64,000 nt of DNA, taken from NCBI GenBank assembly GCA_044892525.1, contig CM097885.1:10046001-10110000 (forward strand). Reading direction: 5' to 3'. Under the pieces are notes generated by a model. It did no database searches. It saw only the letters and a program-made list of their open reading frames with translations, and was not told where the DNA came from. Source of the DNA: Schmidtea polychroa (Eukaryota). The translations under genes were made by a program, and so were the position numbers. This document shows positions 1-14,175 of this stretch, in pieces (the stretch's first letter is position 1; each line of letters starts with the position of its first letter).

Positions 1-546
1 ATTATTGGATATTTGATGAGAAAAATTCTTATATATAACAAATGTTGGTCAACTCAAAATAAATTTCTTTTGAAAAGCATTATATTCGAGTTTGATAAGC
101 ATAGTAGCGTTCTGTGAATTAAGAAAATTTGCTGAAAATGAGGAAAATGATTTAAATATTTCGGCGATTTAAGATAAATATTATCTCAACTGCGATAGTA
201 AAATTCGCCAGTTATGGTCAAACGAAAATTGTGTAATTGTTATAATTATTATTATTATTATTTTATATTTTTAAAATTTAAAATTTAATTTCATAGAAAA
301 TCATTTTTATTATTTGTTTAACTATTACTAAAATATAATTATCGAATATTAGTTTTAACCAACAAACCCAATGAAACAAAACCATGGAATTATAATCAAT
401 AAATCTATAAACTTAGTCATGCATGATTTGAAATCAAATTTTAGATTAAATATGGCATTATACGAAATATATACACCAATTACGAATTACGTCGTATTAT
501 TTTATTGAAGCACATAATGATGTATATTTTCATATATAATTATATG

Positions 547-606
<60 letters not shown>

Positions 607-1389
607 TAGATCATATTTATTAAAAAGCTTGACTATGAATCACTAAATATATCGATTTTTGATGTTCACCTGAAAAAGGCAGTGCCAAAAATTCGTGAAT
701 ATCAAAAACATCGAAATATATATATATATATATATATATATACTGATTCAACGTCAAGCTTTTTAATAAATACAATGTCAATGGAATAGAAATCAGTGGT
801 GAAATTTTGAAAAAAGGTTTTTTTAACATTATAGATTATGAAAATAGATTTTATTATATTAAGGAATACATGTCAGAATAATTTTTTACGATTATAAGGA
901 ATAATTTCTATGATAAATAAATTATAATATCTATGTTATGATAATAATATAGAATTTTATAAGAATAATAATAATAATAATTTATAATTGTTAATAGTTT
1001 ACTATAAATACTTAAAGGGCATTTGTTTTCATAATGATAGAAATATAACTGATTGTAAGTAGTTTAAATTTTATAACCAGATTTGTGCTCATAACTGATT
1101 AATTTATATCCTCGATTATGTTCGAGATTGAATGTGAAACTTGAATCTTAGACATTGTTATTCATTATTTATTCTAAGTTTCAAGTTTTATTGATCTCTT
1201 AAAAGCACAGACATACATAAAATCGAATTATGATTATATTTAATTACACAAATTCACTTGAAAGAGGCAGCCCTCAAAATTTGTGAGTATCGAAAACATC
1301 GATATATTACTGATTTAGTCTTCAAGCTCCCTTTTTAATATATTACAATATAAACATTAATAATATAAACATCACAAGCTTTTTGATAC

Positions 1390-1690
1390 CCAGTGCAAAT
1401 CTCAATAGTAGACTAGTTTCGAGCTTTTGACTTTCATTAGTATTATGCAGGAGACGTGAAGATTTATCTTCGCGACAGGTAAGTACACACTATTGCTGAT
1501 TGAGCTTTATTGCATAATTTACTTGAACACTAAAAATCACATTATTTGCTTATTAGCTTGGTCACAGAACATTTGTAAACTTGTAAATAGGGCGTATGAA
1601 AAATCATAATCACCTCTGCTGCCTAAAAGATTAGTCGATACACAGAAGCGGTTTACAAGTGCATCCGATTACTTTTAGCATTTTAACTTA
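1390..1690 (-). mobile_element. Penelope-like retroelement remnant (end of GIY-YIG domain plus pLTR fragment)
   Basis: Minus strand near 1640-1610 reads RLIF*AAEV, resembling the RLxxEAxEI end of Penelope GIY-YIG endonucleases; a minimal hammerhead motif lies downstream on the same strand. Confidence 0.5.
1405..1446 (-). ncRNA. Degenerate minimal hammerhead ribozyme (Penelope type)
   Basis: Minus strand: ATAATA-CTAATGA-AAGTCAAAAGCTC-GAAA-CTAG-TC-TACTAT. Core boxes, palindromic CUAG helix III and a 5/6-paired stem I are present; core reads CUAAUGA instead of CUGAUGA. Confidence 0.5.
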
Positions 1691-1699
1691 TGAAGTAAT

Positions 1700-2580
1700 G
1701 GTGTAAAAATATCTTTTTATAAATAATAATAATAATAATCAAATGGGGAGTAGAAAGTGTGTGTTTAAAATTAAATGAGATTGATTTTATCATTACAAAA
1801 TTCTCATTTATAAATAAGCTAACAGGTCAAATCTATATCTCAACACCATCATCTTTTAAGGTCAAAAAAGCAATTGTGAACATCCAAAACACTGGCCATA
1901 TGTGTTTCATATATAATGTATTTTCAAGTAGTTCGCACACATAGAAATCGCGTTAACTCATACTCAAATTACTTAAGTAAACTAAAGTATGATCCATTTA
2001 TCAATTACCCCATGAAATTATGTAACATCCCTGAATTTGAAAAAAATAATAATATTTAAATATTGCGATAAATGTTTTATTATATAACGATAAACCATCT
2101 AAAAATATCCAAAATGATGACATAAATTATATACCCAATCAACTACAGTTAGATATAAGTCACCGGTCCAAGGTTACTGATGGCAAGTCTATATATCTTC
2201 TTATTTCAGATGACGGTGACAATTTTCACTATACCTCAGTTTTGGATTTGGATAAGTTAATGAACTCGCACCATAGTAGAACATGTAATGTTCAGATTTG
2301 TGTTAATTGGTGTCCACATTGTCTTAACGGCTTTAGACTTAAAAAGAGCATTTGACACACATGTGTGCATTTAAAATCAAATAGGTATATTCATTACCAA
2401 AAAATATTAATTTAAAATTTACAAACTTTCCTAAAACCGTAACACCGCCATTCATAATATATATGGACTTGGAGACAATTTAACCGGGGGATATCATACA
2501 TCACCAAAACCATATGCCGACACCAGCATATCTATTATTAATAAATAATTAAACAATGTTTGTGACCTATATCAAATTCT
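1700..2580 (+). pseudogene. Decayed Polinton protein-primed PolB fragment
   Basis: Frameshifted pieces collinear with the PolB at 35599-37795: LTGQIYISTP, AIVNIQN..CFIY, PMKL, WCPHCLNGFR, TPPFIIYMDLET (Exo I). Confidence 0.85.
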
Positions 2581-4961
2581 GAGTTGACCTAGATATTTTT
2601 TGGGGATGGGTGGTTCAGTGGTAATACTAGCATTCACTAACATGGTGTATTAGAATTTTTTTTGTTTTATTAAGGTTCGACGTTGGCAACCGTGTAGCCT
2701 CAGGTTGTGCTAGTTTGTTATTTTATTAAATATAGCCTAAGCAAACCTTTTTAATTTAATATTCCAACATAATGAATAAATTTCAACTAAATAATAAAAA
2801 TTCAAACTTAAACTTCCTTTTTCTCTATGTCTTACTAAAATTTCGTTTTGAATTTAAAAAATTTATTTTTTTAAATATTTAATTTTAAGTTCTGTTTATA
2901 TTTCCCCAACAGTCAATTTGGCTAACAAACAAATTGCAAAATTTTAATATTATTTTCTAGATAGCACCAATTATTGCTTATAATATTTACAAATTTATTT
3001 CTAAAATATGATTTTATAATAATTTAATATATTTGACAAGAATTAAAATGCTCGCTGTCATGGGATTATCCAAAAATTCTTGATGTGTAAATAAATTAGT
3101 AATAATAATAATTTTATTTCATTTAATTTCTCATTATGATTTAAACAAATTTTATTATTAATAAAATTATTTCATAAAAATAAAATTTAGTGCGTTTTAC
3201 TATATTAAGAATTAATAAGAACAAAATTACTAACCTACTTTCCAGATTTTTTAAATTAATATTTTTTGCAAAATTATTTTAATATTGATAAGTTATATAG
3301 TATGTGCAAAAAATTAGAACTGTTAAATATACTTATCCGCACGTGGAAATTACAGTAACTAGTGGATTAAATTAATTGTAATTTTTTTGTGTTCGGACAT
3401 AATTTATGAATTATTTAACAAAGTGCTGACATCTTTCAAATTAAAAAATAGTTGAATTGCCCATTTTTTAAAAATTTTAACATTTGCTTTTCTGACAATA
3501 AAAATTAAATAATTTAATGAAATCTCATTAATGTTTATTTCTGTTTTTTCATTGAGAATTTTTAAATTTTTTTTTTCAAAAATTACAATTCTTGTATTAA
3601 AATTATTTGTATTTTAAATTGTTTTTAAACATTTTCATTTTATAAAAAAACGCTAAATGCATTTTAAAATAGGAATAATTTTAGAATAATTACAAATTAG
3701 TAATTTTAATATTAACAATAATTCATTTCAATAAAACAAATGTCTATGATACTGTAAATTTATAATAATAAATTATTATTAAAATTATAATTAAAATTTC
3801 TTTATTTAACTGAGTTTCATTCTGAATCACCTCTGAATCAAAATTGAGAAATAAATTATTAACAAATCCCGAAAATCCGTATTTTTATGGAAAATTAACT
3901 TGATTGTTTAAACAAAGTTAGAATGTTAAAATTATATTTATATTGTTTTGTTTTAATTATTATTTTAATAGAAAGGTTTAGTACAGTTTTATTCATCTTT
4001 TTAATTGCAGTAACTCCGCTGAGCAATTAATGGAGAAATCTTAACAAAATAAGATAATTAATCTTGATTAATACAATTACATAATTTCAAAATGTTCATT
4101 GTAATTACTAAAAAAATTTACATGCAATTAGACATTCATTCAATTTCCCTTGCAGAATTTATTTTCATTCAAATTTATAAATTTATTAGTAATAAGTAAA
4201 TTGAAATTCTAATTATTTTGAAAAATTGAACACAAATCAGGGCCTATGATGATTTATTATTGCTTATGAATTTATTTTTGTGAAATAATGTGTGTTTAAT
4301 TGTCATTGTTAATATGGAGTAATTTGTTGAATCCAGCAGAGTCTCCTTTAAAAACTGTAGCGAACAACTGTGATGAGTGTGTATTATATGGTGTGCATGC
4401 GTGTGTGTATTTAATGAACAAAAACAATTCAACTGAAACAAGATTTTTAAATAACAACTTTTATTTATTATACCACAATGTTACTAACCAAAAGTTTTTC
4501 TTACAAGGTTCACTAAAGAAAGGAATAATAATAATATATGAATAATATAGAAATAATGAAATAATAATATACAAAGTAATGGAATCTCTTCTTTTAAGAT
4601 AGGTTTAATTACAATTGTTTAATGAAATTATTTCCATTCTTCATTTACCATAAACTATTTTCTCGTATTAGATTTGTAAAATAATAATTATTATGATAAG
4701 AATAAAAAAATAATAACAATAAAATAATGATAAAAATAAAAATAGCGTAAATCACTGACATGTTTTGAAAGAAAATACATCTATATACATATATAGATGA
4801 TATATTAGATTATATATCCAGTCTGATTTTCTGTAGTTTTTCCTGGACATGTCGTTTCCATTGGTTTTTTCCTGGGATTTTATTTATGATTTTGTAATTA
4901 AAATTTGACATTATTTTAATGATTTAATATTAAATTGAACTACTTTTATGAAATGAAAAAT

Positions 4962-5012
<51 letters not shown>

Positions 5013-5146
5013 AGAACTTCATTTTAATTTTCACCACTGATTACTTTACGATTGACATTGTATTTATTTTATCAAAATAATATCGATATATTTAATGATT
5101 CATAGTCAAGCTTTTTAATAAATACTATTATTATTATTATTATTAC

Positions 5147-5245
<99 letters not shown>

Positions 5246-5934
5246 CATCATTATCATTATTATTTTTATTATTATTAGTTTTGTTTCAAAATGCCAAGAA
5301 TAAAAAAATAAATCTTTTATTTTTTATTTTTTGATATTGAATAATTTGGGTTATTCAATTAACTCAATTATTTGAATATTCAATTTGAAATTAAATTCAA
5401 AATCTACACACAGACACACACAAACATACAAATACAAACACACATACAAAAAACATATATGTATATATATATATATATATATTTACATAGGCACAAACAC
5501 TCGTAGAATTTTATTAATAGAAATAACAAATGAAGTAGACAAGGCAACTCAGCATTAGTGGAAATTTCATCATTTCCTGACTGTTTAATTACATATTAAT
5601 GACTAGCCTCGATCACGACATTCTTCCCATGGGACAAACCTAGATGGCTTGATTAGGTCATGGGAGAATTGAAATAAGAGCTGACGGGAAAGTTTGCCTC
5701 ACTAAAACAGATCTGAAATCAATTAACATAGTAGATCTGTGTCCCCGTAGGGCAAATTGTAAATTATTAATGACTATCTCATATTGCTGGGAGATGGGGA
5801 ATATATGTCTTAAATTTAATATTATATTATCGCGTAACAACAGCGCCCAACCTATGTTGAAAATTTAAATAATCTTGATTGCTTAAAGTAATGATGTTTA
5901 ACAATTTAACAGCATTGGTTAATAAAATAATATC

Positions 5935-6048
<114 letters not shown>

Positions 6049-6830
6049 GAAATAATAATTTAAAGATATCTTTTAACAATTTCTATATATTTTGTTTAAA
6101 TGAATTTACCCAATCAATTTTTTGTTATTTGATGTTTTCTACCGCATCAAATCAATAAATATTTTGAAAGTTTTTTTCAAGTGTTTTTTGACTAATCTTA
6201 ATTTATTTAATTAAATAGTGAAAAGCATTTATATTTTTCAATTTCATTGTCCATTGTAAATCAGTTTTTTTTTATATTTAACTGGAATTTTTGGAGTTGT
6301 ATTTGTTAAATGTTATTTATATCTTAACAATTGAAAAGACAGATAAACAGATAAAATTGATGTTTAATCCAAGATCAATTAAAATTAATTGAAAATATAA
6401 ATTTTATTTTCTTTCATTTCAATTTAATTTATTAATTAAAAGTTAATCAACAAATTACAAAAGGACGAAATTTGTTTTGATAAAAATGAAATATGTTTTA
6501 CAAAATAGCAGTCGAGTTTCAAAACTTTGGAAATTACCGCCTAGTTTTCATACAAGGCTTTACATTCATTATTCCGACAAGACCTTCCTTTAACAGAAAG
6601 ATTTTTAAGATTTTTTTTAGTTAGTCCCAGACAACGACTTTTTGAGGAAGAAACAAAATCAAACAATTTTTGCAAATTTTCCAACCAAGTTCATGAGTGT
6701 GCTGCACAAGGTAAAAAATATGATTGATATTATTTAATAGTACTTTTAGTCCTGAATAAATTCCTGAATAAATTCCTGAATAAATTTTAAAAATATTTTC
6801 TTTCCATATCTTCCACTTTATATCCTACAT

Positions 6831-6854
6831 CAGTGGTTCTCAACCCGTGTTCCG
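6831..6854 (+). mobile_element. Isolated hAT-Charlie-like terminal sequence
   Basis: CAGTGGTTCTCAAC is a typical hAT-Charlie TIR start; no partner end found. Confidence 0.35.
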
Positions 6855-7641
6855 GAAAAAAATGATATTTAATTTTTTTTTCCATAAATATCGGTTGTTC
6901 TACTTTTCGGTTATTAATATAAACATTTCTTCGAATACAATTTATGATAAATATGATGTCCTTCTTTTCTTAGATTTTATATATTATTATTTACAAAAGT
7001 CTAAAGTAATTATAAAGTACATCATAAGATTTTAAATAAATATTTCTAAATTATTTCATTTATTTTAAAAAGCAAATTAATTACTTGATCAAATTTCATA
7101 ATTAATTAAAACAAAATCAAATGACAATTTCATTACTGGATACCAAGAAAATTAGAATTATTATATTCAGTTCTTTGAGAGTTTATAGAAAAAAATTCCT
7201 ACAAAAAATTATAATTTTGTTTATTATATATGTTTATAAAATTTAAATAAATAATAATTATTATTTTATATTATAATATTTTCTTTTGAATAATTTGTTA
7301 CAAATTTTAAAGTAAAAAATTTTAAAACATTTCTATCATCTTAAAATAATCTTTTTGCTTAATACTTTAAAGAATAAAATTATTTATTTCTTAGTTTATT
7401 AATTTATTTAAATTGAGTAAACCTTTGTAAATCAATCTTTTTGACAAACTTATTAGCAAAAATTACCTGTCACCCATGTCAGTTAAACTGCCACAATTTA
7501 TTGATAATTTTTCTTAAATTTCAATCATAAATCTGATTAATCAATTAATTAAAAAGTTTCGATTTTTAATTAATTTCGTCATTTTGAAATAATTCACTTA
7601 TTTAATTAAATGATTATTTCGTTATATTTAAACTAATTTTT

Positions 7642-7795
<154 letters not shown>

Positions 7796-7845
7796 TAAGA
7801 ACTGCTTTTTCCAATGAATTTATTTAAACGAGAGCTTGAAGACTA

Positions 7846-7968
7846 TAAATCAGCAACATATCGATGTTTGTTGATACTCACATATTTTCGGCACTGCCTT
7901 TTTACTTTTTTTACAGTTGAATTTCAAATTCACTTGACAAAGGTAGTGCCGAAAATTCGTGAGTATCA

Positions 7969-7970
<2 letters not shown>
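7846..7970. mobile_element. Palindromic MITE-like element (half copies at ~665-750 and ~1253-1320)
   Basis: TTGATACTCACATATTTTCGGCACTGCCTTT is an imperfect inverted repeat of AAAGGTAGTGCCGAAAATTCGTGAGTATCAA; the same arm recurs twice earlier in the window. Confidence 0.6.
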
Positions 7971-8061
<91 letters not shown>

Positions 8062-8198
8062 GTATAAAGTGATTTCTAAGTAGCAGCATTTATTATTTAA
8101 AACAATAAAATGATAATTTAAACCTTTTGCTACAAATAATGTATTTAATGAAAAAATTTAAAAATTTAAAAAAAGTTTTAAAAAAGTTTTTAAAATTT

Positions 8199-8272
<74 letters not shown>

Positions 8273-9122
8273 TTGAATGACTTTACCAATAAAGGCTTCT
8301 TCCGAGCAAATACTAAAATATCTAATATATATGAAAAATAAATATACAAAAGTCATAGAAGTAAACAAAAACAAAAATCAGTATTAATTAAACCTGACCG
8401 AAGTGTTGACTGCGTTTCATGCGTGAAGCAATCAATATTCATAAGAAATTTAATCTTATCAATTCCGATAATCAATTTTCTCTAAACTTAAAATTGATTG
8501 ATGTTTTTTCAACCGTCGAATTATTTTTTATCCCAAATATTATTCCGGGAGAAAAAATTTAAATATTTCTTTAAAAAACTGTCAGAAAAATGAATTACAA
8601 TAATATTTACCATAGAAATATATTTTTGTTGAATTTTTTTTTGTTTGTTTATTTATGGATAAATCAATTTCCTTTTCCAGTAAAATATCCCAGACAGAAA
8701 AATCGGGATAAAAAGTGACAAATTCCCCATTCTGTCACTGAGAAACGAATTCGAATGGAGGGACGATAAATTATTTATGGTTCCATTAATGACTTTTAAA
8801 AAGTGAAATGGCCTTGAAATGAAAATAATCAATATGAAAATTAATGTGCAATTGATCCAGTAGAGGTTTCTTTTTTTTTTTAATTTTTCCATAGGCCGAT
8901 AATTCAATTAGTTCTTCAACTGATATGCTGCCAATAAGTCGCGGTTGGGCTTTGATAATGGATTTATGGTAAAATATTATTTTTATTATTTTCATTTTTT
9001 GCTGAAAGAGAAGATTTATTTGATGGATTATTGAAAGTTTCGACAACCCAATCAATAAATATTGTTTAAATGAAGTGAAAAATTTAATTTCCATATGCAG
9101 TATTGCAATGACATTCAAATAT

Positions 9123-9213
<91 letters not shown>

Positions 9214-9475
9214 TTATTTATTTATTTATAAATAATTAATTCTGCAATTAATATTTGGATAAGTAGTTACAGAAATAAATGTTTTGGTTACTCATCTTCT
9301 TGAAATTGCAAAAATAATTAAATGTTTCAACGTAAAGTTTTCCTATCAGATTATGTCCAAAGCATTTAAAAAGTTGACAAATGACTTGCATGCCAATTCA
9401 ACTTCCAGAAATTTTCATTTCAATATGATGCTATTCTTTATACTAATTTGGTAGGGAATTAAATACTACAATCAA

Positions 9476-9866
<391 letters not shown>

Positions 9867-10975
9867 TAATTCTTAATAATAAAGAAAAAGTCAATTTTTA
9901 TATCAATTGTGTCCACTCTCAATAATAATTGTCGTAAAAATAACAAAATTAAAAAATTAAAATCTTAAATAATATTACAATATAAAAAGTCTAAAATATT
10001 ATTTACACAACTAAAAATTGATAAACATTACACAAAATCAACAATTAAAATTATGTAATAATTTTTTTTTCAATCAGTCTTGAATTATAATAGCAACTTC
10101 ATCCAATATGACCATAGCCATAAACATTTTTTATCTACTGAATCTATCTACTGAATTTTTATCTACCCAATAGCTTTTGTTATTATTATTTCTCAGTGCT
10201 TAATTAATATTTTAAACAATTAATAATTGATGATTTTATCTTGATGTTTAACCTGGCAAACAGCCATTTTATATTACATTCCACAATTTTTTTTTGGAAT
10301 TTTTCGACATGGAAATTTTACAATTTGACAACAACTTTAAATTGTAATTGAAGATTTATCATTTTTATCTAAATTTCATTAACATTGACTTGTCATTATC
10401 AAATGATGCATAATTTGTACAACTCCACCAAGTATTTCTTTTACAACTGTTACACTTCGTGGAATTTTCTAAGCTTTGGTTAAAAACATTTAATTAATTA
10501 ATTACAATTTTTATTTAATATTTACGATAACCAACTCTCGGTTCTATGTAGTTGCAAACAGTCAATGTTAAAATGCCAATTTTTATAAATATTATTTTAC
10601 TCATATTTTTATTAATATTATTTGGTTTTACAGCCGTCTCAGAGTGGTTACTAATTTTAGGATTTATGTAAAATCTCGAGGAAAATAATCCTCTATGTAA
10701 AAATAATTAATTAAAACTCTGTCTTGGGCGAGTATTTCTGATCGTATAGAAGAGGGATGAGTTACGAAAACAATTTTTTAAAAGGTTATGTTTTTTTAAT
10801 CCAACTTCTGAATTTGTCATTTATTTAAATGTTCATTGTCTCTATTTAATCACTGATTGTCAAAAGTTTCAATTTCCAAGTTCTGACTGGTCATTCATTG
10901 AAACCTTAGAAAAAAAATGTGCAAATCCAAAGTAAAGTATTCTCATTTCCTACGCAATTGCAGCCATCGCAATGT

Positions 10976-11250
10976 CACGGATTGTGAGGATTGACAGATT
11001 AATAGCTCTTTCTTGATTCGGTTGGGTGGTGGTGCATGACCGTTCTTAGTTGGTGTAGCGATTTGTCTGGTTAATTCCGTTAACGAACGAGACCCTAACC
11101 TGCTAAATAGTATATTTGTGTTATAACTCAAATGCTGACTTCTAAGAGGAATAAATAGCGTTTACCTAAATGAAATTGAGCAATAACAGGCCTGTAATTC
11201 CTTTAGTTGTCCGGGCCGCACGCGCTCTACAATGCCAGTAACAGCGAATT
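10976..11250 (+). pseudogene. 18S rRNA gene fragment (3' half), part 1
   Basis: Contains GGATTGACAGATTAATAGCTCTTTCTTGATTC, GGTGGTGCATG, GTTAATTCCGTTAACGAACGAGACC, GCAATAACAGG and GGGCCGCACGCG; substitutions in normally invariant positions; no flanking rDNA. Confidence 0.92.
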
Positions 11251-11474
11251 TAAAAAAAAACAAATTTTATTTAAATAAATTCGTACGCGCCACATGGCCG
11301 AAGGGGAGAACTTCTCACCCTTAATAATTCTGCAGCTTTTAATTTCTTTAAACTTCTATTGCTGGAGTTAAAAACTCCCGCAATTGTACGTGATTAACAT
11401 CCATCTGATTATTTGTTTGGAATGATTTGAGATTGAGCTGATTGTTTGATTGATGATCGGTATTGGATGTGAGC

Positions 11475-11640
11475 GGAGATAGTAGAGGATGATGGAAGGT
11501 AAAGTAGAGTATAATGGTAGTGGTAGAGTATAATGGTAGTGGTAGAGTATGATGGTAGTGGTAGAGTAGAGTATGATGGAAGGTAGTGGTAGAGTAGAGT
11601 ACAATGGAAGGTAGTGGTAGAGTAGAGTAGTAAGGTTGTA
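11475..11640 (+). repeat. Purine-rich minisatellite (GGTAGTGGTAGAGTA-type) inside the insertion splitting the 18S fragment
   Basis: Repeated ATGGTAGTGGTAGAGTAT / GATGGAAGGTAG units. Confidence 0.85.
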
Positions 11641-11714
11641 AACTATTGTAGTTATGGAGTTACTGAAAATTACTATAAGATATATACAAATAAGGCAACA
11701 CAAACGAAAAAGAT

Positions 11715-11846
11715 AGGTGACTGTCGTTTCAGGAATAGTGACTTAAATTTATTCCACTTGAACGAGGAATTCCTTGTAAACGTAAGTCATTAGCTTGCGC
11801 TGATCACGTCCATGCCCTTTGTACACACCGCCCATCGTTACTACCA
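11715..11846 (+). pseudogene. 18S rRNA gene fragment, part 2
   Basis: TGAACGAGGAATTCC...GCCCTTTGTACACACCGCCC, collinear with part 1 and ending abruptly. Confidence 0.92.
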
Positions 11847-12326
11847 TGGCTACCTTTCCCACATTTTTAGTCGAGCAAAAAGACGAAATTTGAATTTGAT
11901 GTTTTTTTTTGTTATTGAATTATAATATATTTTTGTTTAATTTTGCAACAAACTGAACTTCACTTGCTTTTAAAAGTTTTAAATTTGCTAGAAAGATTTC
12001 TTATTGGAAATGATTTTAACAAAAATTTTCGAAGAATATATTAATTAATTTTTAGATTTTTCTGAAACAATAAGAGTTTGAAAAATCTTCAGAAAATCTT
12101 GATATGAATTGTTAACAATGAGCTTAATTTATATATTTATATATATTTATATATTTATATATTTGGAAACATGAAAATATCAACATTTTATAAAGTTTGA
12201 AATTTTCTAGACAAAATGAAAAATTTCCAAGTTTTTTTAAAAGCAAACTTTAAAAGAATATTTCCTATTAAAATATTTTCAATTATTAAAACTTAAATTA
12301 TTCAGAAAAAGTTTTGTTTTATTATT

Positions 12327-12566
<240 letters not shown>

Positions 12567-12911
12567 GAAGCTCCTAACACATATTCCAAATTATTTTTTA
12601 AATCCGGTTCAAAAGTTAACGTCATAATTCCAAGTATTTTTTAATCAAATATAGTATAATTTTCAAACAAATTTTGAATAAAATATTTTCAAAACCATTT
12701 ATTAAAATTTCGATATTTAAAATATATTTATTTAAAAATGATTTACTAATAAAAAGCTTGTTTAATTTTTCAATTTAAAAATTTAAAAATTTCAATTTAA
12801 AAAATTCAATTTAAAGTTTATTTTAAAAGTTATTTTAATAGTCAATTATTTATCATTTAAAATTATCTTAATAAATTGAAATATTTTTTTCTCAGCTGAA
12901 AACACCTCACA

Positions 12912-12982
<71 letters not shown>

Positions 12983-13010
12983 GGTAAAATTGATAGCAAT
13001 AAGTAATGAA

Positions 13011-14040
<1,030 letters not shown>

Positions 14041-14043
14041 TTT

Positions 14044-14061
14044 TTGTGAGCCCGACGTGAT
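14044..14061 (+). promoter_or_regulatory. Primer-binding site, tRNA-Trp
   Basis: TTGTGAGCCCGACGTGAT matches 16/18 to TGGTGACCCCGACGTGAT, the complement of the metazoan tRNA-Trp 3' end; 3 nt after the LTR. Confidence 0.8.
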
Positions 14062-14175
14062 ATAATTTACGGGGGGAATAAGAATTTTATTTATAAACGA
14101 CAAATATCTTTTTAAATCATTGAGTTAAGAAATAGAGTCATAAATTTTCGACCAGGTAATAGAAACCAACAGATA

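Noticed and set aside
10080..10480. GYGHI potassium-channel-like motif on the minus strand
   Set aside because: No TxxTxGYG context, TM helices or sustained frame.
11475..11640. Telomeric repeat
   Set aside because: Units are not TTAGGG-like and are irregular.
10976..11846. Functional rDNA unit
   Set aside because: Partial, interrupted, mutated at invariant sites, and no ITS, 5.8S or 28S.
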